Origin: Basidiobolus meristosporus CBS 931.73
Taxonomy: Eukaryota > Fungi > Basidiobolomycota
Reading direction: 5' to 3'
Assembly (NCBI GenBank): GCA_002104905.1
Contig: MCFE01000255.1
Span: forward strand, 1 to 64,000
DNA length: 64,000 bases
How positions within the stretch are numbered: the first letter of the stretch is position 1; each line of letters begins with the position of its first letter. The notes beneath the pieces are model-generated. The model was not told where the DNA came from. It ran no database searches and saw only the letters and a program-made list of their open reading frames with translations. This document shows positions 38,177-50,699 of this stretch, piece by piece. The position numbers and the translations under genes are program-made.

Positions 38177-39249
38177 CTAAGGATATATGACCTTGAGTAG
38201 ATTCCAAAGGATGAAAGTCCCATAGATCCAAGTCCGATTGGTAGTTGGGGTTCCAGGAGAAGAGCCATTAGCCGTACCTCGGGTATTTTCGATATGGCTA
38301 TTGGACAGAGGCTCGATTAATTCCGATTCTCGGATTCGAGTCACGTAGGTTATAAACTTGACGTAGTGCTTCACTCGGGTGTAAAAGCCCAGCGACTCAT
38401 CCCCACAACGATAATTTTTCCCAGGCCGAAAGGTACCAAAGCTGGTGATGCCAGCCAGGGTCAGCTTTTGACTATTTGCGCTCCGAACCACCAAGGGCCC
38501 ACCAGAATCTCCTGGGCATGTGTCATGGCCTGGTGTCTGCCCGGTGCACAGCTGTGGCCCGTCGTTGTCGATGAACGATGGTCTCTCAGCTCTACAGAGA
38601 TCTACATTGGAAATCTTGAGATGAACCTGGAGCAGGATTGATGACGAGGGCTGGTTTTCGGTTTGCCCCCAGCCAGCAGCAGTCACCTCTTGCCCCGGGG
38701 AAAGTGTGGAGTTGGATATGGTGATTGGTTGGATGCTACTCGAGATTCGCAGTGGTCGTTCCAGCTCAATCAACGCCAGGTCGTTCTATGAAATTCGAGT
38801 CATCGCCCGTTTCAAAGGTTAGTGCCTCGAGGTACCTCGCCAAGGAAACGCTTTACCCCTCTTACCATGAACGTCAACGAGTCATAATTCGGATGGATCA
38901 CGATCCTCTTCACTCCAACTAGGCTCCGATCACTGGAGCTCAGTGAGCCAATCGCTACTCGTGTATCTGCCGGCTGTGCTACCGGTGCATCGAAGAATGT
39001 CTCTGTGGAAGAATAGTTGAAGGCACAATGGGCAGCAGTCAAAACCCATGTAGAGGAGATCAATGCTCCACCACACATGGAATACTCACCAATGACCAAT
39101 TGGGCCATGAAGGCGAATTGGTCGGTGGCAGGGGCCCCCCCTACAATATTATTGACTCCATCGATCGACCGCACCCAGTTCGTTGAGGTTACTAGTGGGA
39201 TAAATGGAAATATTGCGATGATTGGGTGTATCCAGCATTTCTTCAGCAT
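38177..39249 (-). CDS. Secreted trypsin-family (S1A) serine protease with hydrophobic C-terminal tail (2 exons)
   Basis: Signal peptide, IVGG activation site, CGGALI...LTAAHC. An 80-nt intron (38786-38865) restores FMNDLALI. GHDTCPGDSGGP carries the S1-pocket Asp. Confidence 0.93.
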
Positions 39250-39878
39250 TTGGCCGCTACGTCCTATAAAGCGTAAGGTGGGCGAATTAATGACGGGTTA
39301 ATCGGTTAGAAGTTGCTTTTAGGTTATGGCTGAGCATCCGTCGTTCCGGAAGGTGTCAGCGATGGGATTAGCTTTGGGAAGGCCTTTAATGAACCAGGAA
39401 GGAATTCAGAGTCAAGGTTGGCTATTATATCTGGCCGGATATAACCCACTGCAAACAAATAGCCTAATCAGTTTACGGATACCATTGGCTCACATCTGAC
39501 AAAACATCCCGAAAACACTTGCGCAGCTAGGGTTTACAGTGCGTGATACATGATCGTTTGTTGTTCAACACTTTCCCAACAACGTATGCATTGGATTGCC
39601 ACGTCACACTCGATGATCAGCGCCGTGCCTCATAGTGACAGTATCCACCGGGCATTACCAGCACAAGTAGTAGATTTGGGCTCAACACAATTTTATTCAG
39701 GATTGACACTGGTTGTGGATGTGTGCATGTGGAAGTATTAAACAGGGCCATCGTAAGGGACAAAACTACATTACACTGTTGTGAAAAGGACAGATTCGAC
39801 GTGAAAGGCAGGTCAGAGTCGAAACGAGGAGCGGTTTGTACAAGTACATATCATAGTATGTATTGCGTGCTTATGTGG

Positions 39879-41132
39879 TTAAACAGTAGCAGCATTCGTG
39901 GAGGGTTGCTCAAGTCTATAGGGAACCTCAAGGTCACTGCCTTGAACCATCTCTGGCTCGAACTCAAAGTCAGGAGGCATGTTCTTAACAAAGCTCTCGA
40001 ACTGAAGATTCAAATGGGCGATTTCCGGGATGTTTTCAAGGCAGGAATCCTCACGAAACAGATGAAGGTACGTGTCGGTGCCATATCCCTCCATGGAAAC
40101 CACATTCAAATCACCGCCGAAGTAACGGGCAGTTAATCTAGCCAACGGTAAACCATGACCAAACCCTGAGAGAGGTCGACTTACATAATCATTTACCTCG
40201 CCACTTATTTGAACCGAGTCATCGCCCTTGGGTTCTGAATAAACGTAGCTCCAAAGACGGGACATCGCTGACATCGGAATACCACCGCCTTGATCCGAGA
40301 GCTTGAAGGACACGTCCTCTCCACCATTGGCCATGATTAATTTCAGAGGAGGTAAAGTCGTGTCTGCGTTGTGGAACTCGACGGTGGCGCGAAGAGAATT
40401 CTTCAGGATTTCGAACAATATCCGGTGCAGATGCTCCTCGATATACAATGTCTTGACTGACTCGAGCCCTCCGTATATCTTCACCTCTGGTGCCTCTATG
40501 CCGAAATGGGAAGCGCAGACTCGCCTGGCATCCGCGACGGCACGCTCTGCAATGGAAAGAGGAGAGATATTCCTTACAAGGTTCCGCCCCTTATCGTGTA
40601 GACTCAAGTGCTCTCCAATCAACAACCTCGTTCCGAAATTCAGAGTGTAGAAGGAATCGAAGAATGTACGGAACTTCTCGGCATGCAGTTCGCTCGGATT
40701 CAGCTGCTTCTCCTGCAGAAGCTCTCTGAATCCTTGCCCGACACTAAGGATGCTAGTGGTGTGCCGTTTCTGAATGTACTTCATAACTTTGGTGAAATCC
40801 TCGACTTGCTTTGCGGTTTTGGGTTTTGGGATTTGGGACAGAATACTGATGTCCTCGAGTAGGTTGTAGGTGATTTTACGAAAGGTTGGAAGGCCGCCCA
40901 TGCCATATGGGAGCTCGTGGGAACTCAGCATTTTGACACTCTGCGTAAGTCTGATGGGCAGCTCCTGGTGTAGGAATTGTGTAGGGATTAGGAGGGCAAA
41001 TGGATCTTTACGCTCCAGCAGTCGGCTACCGGAAGTGAACATCTGTTTTAGTGAGATCCTCGTGGCTTTGGACGAGGCGTACTTTAGAATGACATCCTTG
41101 GGCAGGGACTTTAGACAAGGGGTAGGAATCAT
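39879..41132 (-). CDS. Mitochondrial alpha-ketoacid dehydrogenase kinase (PDK/BCKDK family)
   Basis: FLHQELPIRL, ILFEILKNSLRAT (N box), DQGGGIP (G1), SGFGHGLPLARLTARYFGGDL (G2), GYGTDTYLHL. An upstream targeting-peptide exon may be missing. Confidence 0.9.
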   Translation of the reverse strand: MIPTPCLKSLPKDVILKYASSKATRISLKQMFTSGSRLLERKDPFALLIPTQFLHQELPIRLTQSVKMLSSHELPYGMGGLPTFRKITYNLLEDISILSQIPKPKTAKQVEDFTKVMKYIQKRHTTSILSVGQGFRELLQEKQLNPSELHAEKFRTFFDSFYTLNFGTRLLIGEHLSLHDKGRNLVRNISPLSIAERAVADARRVCASHFGIEAPEVKIYGGLESVKTLYIEEHLHRILFEILKNSLRATVEFHNADTTLPPLKLIMANGGEDVSFKLSDQGGGIPMSAMSRLWSYVYSEPKGDDSVQISGEVNDYVSRPLSGFGHGLPLARLTARYFGGDLNVVSMEGYGTDTYLHLFREDSCLENIPEIAHLNLQFESFVKNMPPDFEFEPEMVQGSDLEVPYRLEQPSTNAATV

Positions 41133-42695
41133 GTTTGCAGGATACCCAGCGGTATAGCTGATATAGGCAGTGGATAGGAGACTCTCAGTGGAGATGGTTC
41201 GTACAAAGCAAAATGGGGGGTTTTCACGTCAAGGCTGAATGGGAGGTTGAGTCGATTACTTGCTGGAAATGACCAGCTAGAGTGGGGTTTTATTGATGGA
41301 GAGCAGTCTTCGATCTGAGACAATCATATGAATCCGACTTCGGTTAAAAAGTAACACGGCCATCAGGAAACTACCGACGAGAATCTATGGAACAATAATA
41401 TAAATCGATTGAATCTCAATGGCAGTGGAAGCATGTTCATGTGGAAACGAACCCTACCTCGGTGTGATTGGCTTGTCAGTGTATTATATGACAAAAACAC
41501 ACTTTGACAGCTCGCTGATGGTCATCTGATATGATCCTTCAGTCACGGATCCCACAAGCAAAATGCCATACAATATGATCATCGCCTGTAGCCAATTAAG
41601 TCGCTCTGTTTCAGATTGCTCAACTCGCCTCATCGCCTTGAGGCCAGAATTACTGAAACAGCATATTGAATCATAATGATTCCTCTTCATGCCCCCTTCC
41701 AATTAGACGGGTCATGGGACGCTCTTCATCCAACATTGATGAAGCAAGCCTTGAGCGCAAGGACTGGATTGCGATCGCATGGGACCAAATGATTAGGGTT
41801 CCACGGTTCTCCAAGGGTCGAGACATTCACAACCCACATGGGATCCAAGCTCGAAAGAGGAACCACACCACAGTCATCCGCTAGCATATATCATAATTAT
41901 TCCAATCAAAGCAAGACTTGTCTTAGCGTCAGGGTTCCAAACCATTTATCCATCGTGAGAAAACGGCTCTGTTTTTGACAGTCATTTAATCACCATTACT
42001 CATTATGGCAGTGGGTTGATGAAAGTCACGATCTGCGAATAAACAACGAAAGCATAAGCTGAGCATGGCTCTGCAGACCCTAGAAACCCAAGGGCAGCTG
42101 AAGAGGAAGGAATCAAAGCCTAGCTAGAAACACGGATATCCCCACTGGGTGGCTACTTCTGGCCCACTTTCTGTTGCTAAGGAAAGTGTGTACCAAGCAT
42201 GGCTACATCATTCTAGGGAGTTCCACTATGATTGCCCTGCAGTCAAACCTTGGAAATGATACTCCGATTTCCTAAATAGTGATAGCCCGTTTGCAATCAT
42301 CCACAACCTTGCTCCGGGATAAATATGGCTTTAGGGAGCCATTGTGATTTACTGCACCGCCCAAATAGTTCAGTTGTCTTGGTTCTGCTGAGACAGTCGA
42401 CGTGCCGTCATAGACTGAAACCGACAAATCTGTAGACTGCAGCTAACCACTGTGCTCGCGTTCATTAGCATCGAGTGATGGTGTGACTACAACATATCCA
42501 ACACCTTGCAAGATAGGGGCACCACCACCCGATGAGTTGCAAGGCATTGCTACTACGCTACCAATCGGCCATGCCTTGGCGCCTGTCGCATTTTTAGCCC
42601 GAGTTGACCAGGACGAACATTCCGTGGACCACATCTAGCCAATGCACACCAGGTCAATATAGGCCAGCGAATCAAGTCGGCCTCACCAGATGGGA

Positions 42696-43421
42696 TCAGG
42701 CAGGGTGGATGAATGTCGTAGCTAGGATCTCGGAGCCCAAGGTATGGTTGGCAGTTTCTCACCATAGGCAGGGATGGGCATCGGGGTTCTGAGTCCATCG
42801 CTGTGCTCTATCATCCCAGAAGCGAAATCAATCTGGCGATTTAGCCATGGTCATCAAACACTCATCGCTGATCAGGCGGATCCGCTGGTTTGATTTGAGG
42901 GTGGGATGGAACTTATGCACAGGAGATATCCACCCACTGCCATCCTCGCACCAGACGCCCAGCTTCGGAGCCAGCAATCCCTTGGCCTGCAGCATCCTAT
43001 GGACGATGGATTTGAAGGATTTGAAATCCGCATCGGCTCCCAAATCCATCCGCCCACCAATAGCGCAGCTGTGACCAATCAATGCACCGTAGGCTGGTTT
43101 TCTGGGCATAAAGTGGGCAGAACAACAGCCCGACCTCAGTATTAATTTCGTGGTCCCTCTGTGTTCCCAGATTCACAGGTAACAGTGGGAATAAGTTTGA
43201 TTGACTTTTCCTAATTCAATGGGAACAAATGAGGCGCGCCAGTCCTCACCAGCTTGGGTGAGCAGGTTATTTTTATCCCATCCCCTCTGGGTGAAACCCA
43301 TACTGCAGGAACTATGGCTTGTGGCAGTGGAGACGGTGGCTGGCCAATCGCATGGCATCGACCAAAGCCTTGGGGTGGGTGTCAGGGTATCCTCCCCACC
43401 CCATGGATCGACTAGGTCAAG
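42696..43421 (-). pseudogene. Decayed reading frame of unknown family
   Basis: Listed ORFs 43173-43358 and 42828-43109 share one frame that runs for 242 codons with only 3 internal stops, all TGA. Confidence 0.4.
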
Positions 43422-43664
43422 ATCACTCTGCCCACGAAATATCAGACGGTGGGACTGGATGCAATCAACTAATCAGCATGATGACCATATGAAAAATCTC
43501 AGTTGGAATTCATTGGATTTTTAGCTGGTATTCAGCTGGCCTTTTCTTAATTTTTTTTCTTAGGGGAAAAATCGCCATGAATGGTGGATCATCTGAATGT
43601 TGTGATTTATCGTTATTTGATCGGTAGCATCGCTTCGTGTCTGCGTCATCGGATACACTGCACT

Positions 43665-44276
43665 ATGAGCCAGGAAAGCCCAATGTCGCTCCCCGGGATG
43701 CAATGCACACTGTTTGAGAGATTCAACGGCAAATGGTTCCATCTCTGGAAAACCAGAATGAGACTTCTGTTCACCTCGCTGGATTTGTGGGATATAGTGA
43801 CTGGGCGAGAGCAGGAGCCCACCGAACACAAGGAACAAATCGAAGATTACAAGCGCAGAGAGAGCAGAGCTCTTCTCCTGATATTTTCCTATGTGACAGA
43901 CAATGTGATGGTGTCAATTTGTCGCGCCAAAAGCGCAGTCGAGGCATGGAATATGTTGGAGAAGGATTACAAGGTGTCTGTTGCATCTCAAGCTTCTCTC
44001 CTGAATAAACTATACGGGCTAAAGATGGGTCCCTCCGAAAAAGCATCCAACTACGTGAAAAGGTTTACCACACTACAGATGGATTTAGAGTTTGAGGGAT
44101 ATTCAGTTCAGGAACATGAATTGATCGACCTGTTCCTGACAAGCCTTTCCCCAAAGTATGATAACCTTGTCACGATCTTGGCGCGTACTCCCAGGCAAGA
44201 CATGAGCCTGCCTTCCGTAATGAGGCAAGTGCTGTCATATCAGGCACAAACCAACACACCATCCCCCCGCCGCTAG
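43665..44276 (+). CDS. Solitary intact Ty1/copia Gag (capsid-only) ORF, candidate domesticated gene, 203 aa
   Basis: FNGKWFHLWKTRMRLLFTSLDLWDIVTG (DUF4219-like) plus ALLLIFSYVTD...SAVEAWNMLEKDY...LYGLKM...YVKRF...LFLTSLSPKYDNLVTIL (Retrotran_gag_2/UBN2-like). No zinc knuckle, pol or LTR nearby. Confidence 0.8.
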   Translation: MSQESPMSLPGMQCTLFERFNGKWFHLWKTRMRLLFTSLDLWDIVTGREQEPTEHKEQIEDYKRRESRALLLIFSYVTDNVMVSICRAKSAVEAWNMLEKDYKVSVASQASLLNKLYGLKMGPSEKASNYVKRFTTLQMDLEFEGYSVQEHELIDLFLTSLSPKYDNLVTILARTPRQDMSLPSVMRQVLSYQAQTNTPSPRR

Positions 44277-44537
44277 GGATACCTGAAGCTTCCAATACAT
44301 ACCTGTTCCTGTCGCTTCGTCTTAGCGTAATTAGAAAACAAAAAGCAAACTGTACAAATCGTAACGTTTGAATATTAAAAACAACAAGGACACGGTTTAA
44401 GGAACCAGATTTAGTTACTATTAGAAATGGATTACATATGAAATGGGTTGTGTATGGTTTTGCGGGTGGCTAAATAGACATGAGCCGGTGCGCCATGTGA
44501 TATTGTTCGCGAATAAAGCAGGTCGAAAGGGAATTTC

Positions 44538-46255
44538 CTAAGCGTCCTGGGTGTCAACCACATCCTTGGTGCTTTGCTTTTGTTTGCGGTCACGCTGGTA
44601 GAACTCGGCAAGAGTCTTTTGGGGAATACGGTTGAGAAGCTCCTTCGGGAAGATACGGAGAAGGGACCAGGCATGGTCAAGAGACTCGAAAATGGTTCGG
44701 GACTCGTAGTGGCCTTGGGCGATGAAGGTCTTCTCGAATTTGTCCAAGAACTCCAACGAGAGCTTGTCCTCTTGATTCAACGCCTCCTCACCAACGACGG
44801 CCTTCATGGCAGCAGCATCACGGCCGATGGCATATTTGGCGTACAACTGGTTAGAGACATCACCGTGGTCCTTGCGGGTCATGCCTTCACCAATGGCCGA
44901 CTTCATCAAACGAGAGAGGGATGGCAAGACGTTGATGGGTGGGTAGATTTGGCGATTATGAAGTTGACGATCTACGTAGATTTGTCCCTCAGTAATGTAA
45001 CCGGTCAAATCGGGGATTGGATGGGTGATGTCATCGTTAGGCATGGTAAGAATGGGGATTTGTGTGATGGAGCCATTTCTGCCTTCCACACGACCTGCAC
45101 GCTCGTAGATGGTGGACAAATCGGTGTACATATAACCTGGGTAACCACGACGACCTGGCACCTCCTCTCTGGCGGCCGAGACCTCACGTAACGCATCAGC
45201 GTAGGAAGACATATCAGTCAAGATTACCAACACATGTTTCTCCAATTGGTAGGCATAGTACTCGGCAGTGGTCAATGCCAGTCTGGGAGTGATAATACGT
45301 TCGATGGTAGGATCGTTGGCAAGATTAAGGAAGAGAGTGACTCGTTCGATGGAGCCGTTCTCCTCGAAATCTTGCTTGAAGAAACGAGCGGTCTCCATGT
45401 TTACACCCATAGCGGCAAACACAATGGCGAAATTATCCTCGTGTCCGTCATGTACATCCTTGGTGGGCTTCTTCACCAAGCCAGCCTGTCTACAAATCTG
45501 GGCGGCAACCTCGTTGTGAGGCAAACCGGCAGCAGAGAAGATAGGGATCTTTTGGCCACGAGCAATAGAGTTCATGGTGTCAATGGCGGAGATACCGGTT
45601 TGGATCATTTCTTCGGGATAGATACGGGAGAATGGGTTGATGGGGGAGCCTTCGATATCGAGGAACTCCTCGGCGAACACCTTGGGGCCCTTATCGATGC
45701 TTTTACCCGAACCGTTGAAAATACGGCCCAACATATCTTCGGAGACGGGCATCTTGAGTGTATCTCCGGTGAACTCGACGTGTGTTGCACGAGCATCAAC
45801 ACCAGCTGTACCTTCGAATACCTATGGGTGGCTTCAATAAGTATACGTCATCGGGAGTTCAAGATGAACATTTGAAACCTACCTGAACCACGGCTCTTTT
45901 TCCTTGAACTTCTAGAACTTGCCCAGAGCGTTTAGTACCATCAGGTAGAGTAAGCTCGACGATTTCTGCGAATTTTGGGAACTTCATCCATGAAGGTCAG
46001 TCGCCAACGTACAACCAAGGGGGCAGTGGAGAAGAAAGATGAAGTACCTTCACGTTATCAAGGATGACCAGGGGGCCATTGACACCGGCAACCGTCCTGT
46101 AATCTAAAATCCAAGGTGCGGCGTTAACCACGGCTGCGAATTCGCCCAAACAGATGGTCCAAAAACCTACCCAAACGGGGTTGCAGACTGTAGTTTCTGG
46201 TGACTGCAGCGGCGTGAATAGAAGCGGCTTCTCTCTCGGTGATTCTTGGGTCCAT
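44538..46255 (-). CDS. VMA2: V-type ATPase subunit B
   Basis: [22 protein letters not shown].. start, [66 protein letters not shown]. Confidence 0.98.
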
Positions 46256-47990
46256 ATCTTGGAAGAGAAGAGAACGGAGGTGAGAAGAAATAGAAAAAGG
46301 GTGGTTGGTTACAAGCGTGCTATGCTCCCAGAGATAGAAATAAAGGGAAATCCAGCATTTGGTTCACATTACGAAAACTCGTGTGATTTGTGGCAGGGGA
46401 CCATGGCAAATTCTTAATTCTTGGTGCTTTGCTGAATCCAGGATGTGGTCAATACTGCTTAAAACGCAGTGGTGGATTCATTGGCCAGCCACCCAATTCT
46501 ACTCAGTCGATGCGAAGAAATTATGGAGGATTCGATGGAACACTCTTGTAAACACCAATAAATCCATGGGGATCGGGGAATGGGATGAAATGCGGCACCT
46601 CAATCGTGAGTATTCAGTCCTACATCAGAGCCTTTCCATCCCCCAAAATGGGACGCCATCTAAGGGAGGCAGGGAATTCGTCCAGCGGTTGAGGCGAATG
46701 TTACATCATAGAAATTCGCTTCTCGAGCTCCATGTGGAGATGTCTTTCTAGGCCTCTGGTTGACGATCTCTTCAGCCACATTATCTTGGACGGTGTGCTA
46801 TCCTCTTACCAAAATCACCCTCCAATAGATGATACAGGCTTGCGGCAACCACATCCGCCCTGGCTCCAGCAGGGAATCGGGAGGTGCCAAAAGGACCTAG
46901 ATTCCCAACCAGGAAGGACATCGTCGAGCTGGAGCTGAAGATTTCCAGATTTATGAAGAAATGTGGCGATGAAAATACCTACTCCAACCGAGGTTGCTTT
47001 TCTCGAATCACCCTTGATCGCCTCACTGGACAACAACTCCAGCGTATTGTACCATCCTGCCTATTTGGGCCATCGGCCATGCAACCAGTATATTCCTTTG
47101 CCGATGTGCGATTGAGTGGAATGCACGAATAAGAGTCTGCAGCAATCAGCACGAATGGCTATCAGGCTTGTGTTACATTCATTCACTCAGCCAGCCAATT
47201 ACGATACACAAATTGAAGGCTATTTGTAATAAGCATCCTGCTCTGTGTTAAGGCTGCCCACCACCTACCTGATATGGATCCCCAGTTCTAGCAGAGATTA
47301 TCGATGTAGGAGGATGAAGTGTAGGCACTTGGCGATAACTGTAACCCAACACGCAACCCTCTACATGAAGGTATTCTCTAGCGGGATTTTCGGGATTCTA
47401 GGCAAGACTGGACGTGATCAGTTCCACAATCACAATCTCCCGAGTATCTAGCCAAGCACACCCATTTCTCAATACAGGTTAGCTACCCCAGACAATCCAG
47501 TTGAGGTCGGATGGTACCTGGCATGCTCACATTCGAATCAAATGACCACCACATGGAGTACGAATTTCATGGTTCCTTCATTTTATATACAGTACAAAGG
47601 CTAGAAGGAAAGCAGGGTAAAGTGTGACGTTTGGGTTGATAATGAAGCAAAAATCGCATTTGGTAAGGCTGAGTAAGTGGTTGATTGACGGGAACGATTG
47701 ATGGTCAACAGAGAGCCACGCAGCAGAGTGCAGGTCATCCAGCAGAGTGCGGCAACAACTGGTTCTCTTCATTGTTGGAGGACAAGCAGCCGCAAAGAAA
47801 AGAGACCTGGCTCCAGAGTAAAGGGGTAGCGGACTACGTATTAAAAAATGGCAAAATGCTGTTCGGATGGGAAAACAATGATTAAAATTGACCAGAGGAA
47901 TCATATTGTGTACCAAAGATGATTAACAAAACTTCTCACCATCTCGAAGCCGAGATAAGTGGAGAACTATCAATGCAGGACGAGGACGCA

Positions 47991-49173
47991 CTAGTCCGTG
48001 GAGTTGCGGTTGGAGGTTTCCCCATCCTCCCAACCAGGTTTACGTAATGATTTACGGTACACATCAGCGATGAGTTTGGCTTCGTTTTCCGTTAGCTTGA
48101 CAAACTGACTGTCATTACCATGACTTCCTGCACCCGCTGTCAAGGGAGATGTCGACTGAACCGAGTCCCCTCTCCTGACACTAGACAAGGAATCAGTCGG
48201 CGCTTGACCGCTAACTGCATTCGGTATGCTTCGGTTATTATTGGGGGAGATAGTGTCCGGCTTTTCACTTGAGATGGCTCCAGCACTCTGCTTATTCTTG
48301 TGAGTCTTGTATCTAATCAAAAAGAAAGCCAGAGTAGAGAAAAGTCAAGGATGGCACTTTACTCGGATTCAGAATCTGCTCACATTACCGACATGAAAAG
48401 AAAATGCTCAAAGGCAAGTGAGAAAAGGATATGCACCAGCAGCCAGCGCACCGAGAATACTGCCAACAATAATGCCGATGGTTTTGCCAGAAACCCCACT
48501 TGAACCTGTATTCACCCCTGGCCTTGACAAGTCAGTTGGTGTGTACGTGACAATGACTGTGGAGGTAACAATTTGTGTCGATGCAGTTGGGATGTTATCT
48601 AATATGAAGAGAATTAGCCACGGGGGTTTACGCGAGCCTGGCCTGTTGTGTATACCTTGTATCTTGAAGATTGGTCCAGATTCAGAGGTAGTTGGGGCTC
48701 CACCCTCAGTGGTTACCACAAACTTGTAGTATCTGATTAGGTTGACGTTGCCAGCTCTGTTCGGGATTTCTTGGAAATAATCCGAAGTCACGATAATGGG
48801 CAAAAACCCTTCGTTGTTGTACCCCATCCATTGCTTAAGCGGCTTGCGTGTGTCAGACATCTCATAGAGGTATATATCTACTGTGGATTTCGCAACCAAG
48901 GTGCCGTAATACTTATTCCAACGCAGGATCTGGGAGCTTCCAACTGTCCAAGTGGCATTGAGCTCAGGTGAGCAGTAGAGCTGAGGACTGCACGGCGCAT
49001 CTATTTCAATTGGGAAGAGTAAGAGGCTGGGAAGGGAGCAACAAGAGCACAAGACTGGATAGTTCTATACCATCGGCTACCGGGTCAGCAGAACTACAGC
49101 AAATGAGGGAGAGAACCAGAAAGGCTGATATTATTAACCAAGAACGTCTTGTCGGCGCGACTGATAATTTCAT
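47991..49173 (-). CDS. Type I membrane protein: signal peptide, beta-rich ectodomain, S/T stalk, single TM, cytoplasmic tail
   Basis: MKLSVAPTRRSWLIISAFLVLSLICCSSA signal, CSPQLYCSP..WTVGSSQILRWN..VDIYLY ectodomain, a 57-nt in-frame intron (48599-48655), TIGIIVGSILGALAAG TM and tail ending RKSLRKPGWEDGETSNRNSTD*. The splice after the TM is unresolved. Confidence 0.72.
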
Positions 49174-50699
49174 GACTGGAGAAAGGTCAAGGTATCGATG
49201 GTAGCAAGTAGGGAAGGGACTAGCTAAAGGGTATAGGTAAAGAGGGTAGAGATGGTGCCAAGCACGGTTGTCTTGTCAGGTCTGCTTCAAGAGGAATAAA
49301 AGTCAAAACAGCTGTCCACTTCGCAGAGAATAGGGAAAAGAGTATCTCATGAACACAAACAAAACCGCCGCCAAATTTTCTGACCCGGGTTGATTGGCAC
49401 AGAAGCTCTTGAAATATATATAACTTTTAAGAGTGCGCTTGCAAGCCATAGTCTTAATCTTAGATTAGGCATTGAGTATCGATCTGAGTTGGTATTGGAT
49501 CGTCTAAAATTAACTCGACTATAACGAGCAAATAGAGCATCACGTATGATGAGAACCTGATTGAATCAGGTATCATGTTGATAATTAGTGGGCAATTTCA
49601 GAATGGCTCGCAATGGCAATGATATCCATCGCCGGTACATTGGAGGTCCAAGCCATGATTGGGCTGAGGCGGGCATTCACCACTGCATCACTCTGGTGGT
49701 CACCCGCCCAATCAGCGCCGCCTGCTAATGAAATGGCGATGCACTCACATGCACGTCCCATTATGGCAGGAAAGTAGGCTGACATCCATCAGATGAGGTC
49801 AAGGTCTTGGGCTATCCTTCTATAAGGATCCCAATGATGATCCTCTCCGCCTTCAACCGCGAAGGGATTCCTGATTACTGGTCCTCACCATGCTCCGTGA
49901 TCTGTGGAGCGAAGGCCGACGAGTTTTTTTCATGAGCCCGCTCCAATCCATGGATCGGATGAGGCCATTTGCCACCCTGATCTCGAGAGCGCCTCTGGGG
50001 CTACGCCCAGCTCGACGACGTAGGCTGCTTGTTCCGAGGACGTCGATCGTGTACCGAGGATTCAACCAATCCCTTGCATGCGACGGCGATGTGTGGGGAG
50101 CGCTGGTCGACCCCCAAAACATTGGCAATCCAAGACACGGCCTGGTGAGGATGTTGCTGAATATACACCGCCATATCTAGGATCACTGCCGGGCTCACTG
50201 AGAAACCGGTTTAATTAACTTATGTAACCGTTGCCTTCTCTATCTCATCTGATGGCACTACGAACGTTGGCGCATATTTTCTGAGGTGGTACGGGCACTT
50301 GAATGCAGCCTGTGTAACAACCATGTTGAGCTGACCGATGCAGAGATGACTATCAAGCAGCTATGATGCTTCGTGAAGATCAGTGGTGTATCCACGGTGA
50401 GTCTTGACTGGTACAGCGCGGAAATCAGACATTGTCTTGGGGGCAGTGAGTGTAGATTGGGATTAGCACCGCGTCTCTATGCATGTCCATCAAACAAGCC
50501 TGAAAGGGCACAACCTGCAGTTTCGGTGCGAGCTCTGATTTCATGATAACGAAGCAATGAGGTGGTAAATCCTGATACGATGTTCGTTTTAATGGGACGA
50601 GAATACAAATCGATTCAGGGTATCATGTCATATATATAATATGTCCTCACACGGACACGCAAACGGCCGTTGTGAATTTCGTCTAAAAAGGCACAGCAC

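Noticed and set aside
44574-45875. Long + strand ORFs (205 and 213 aa) antisense to VMA2
   Set aside because: Typical antisense shadows of a strongly codon-biased conserved gene, with no recognisable motifs.
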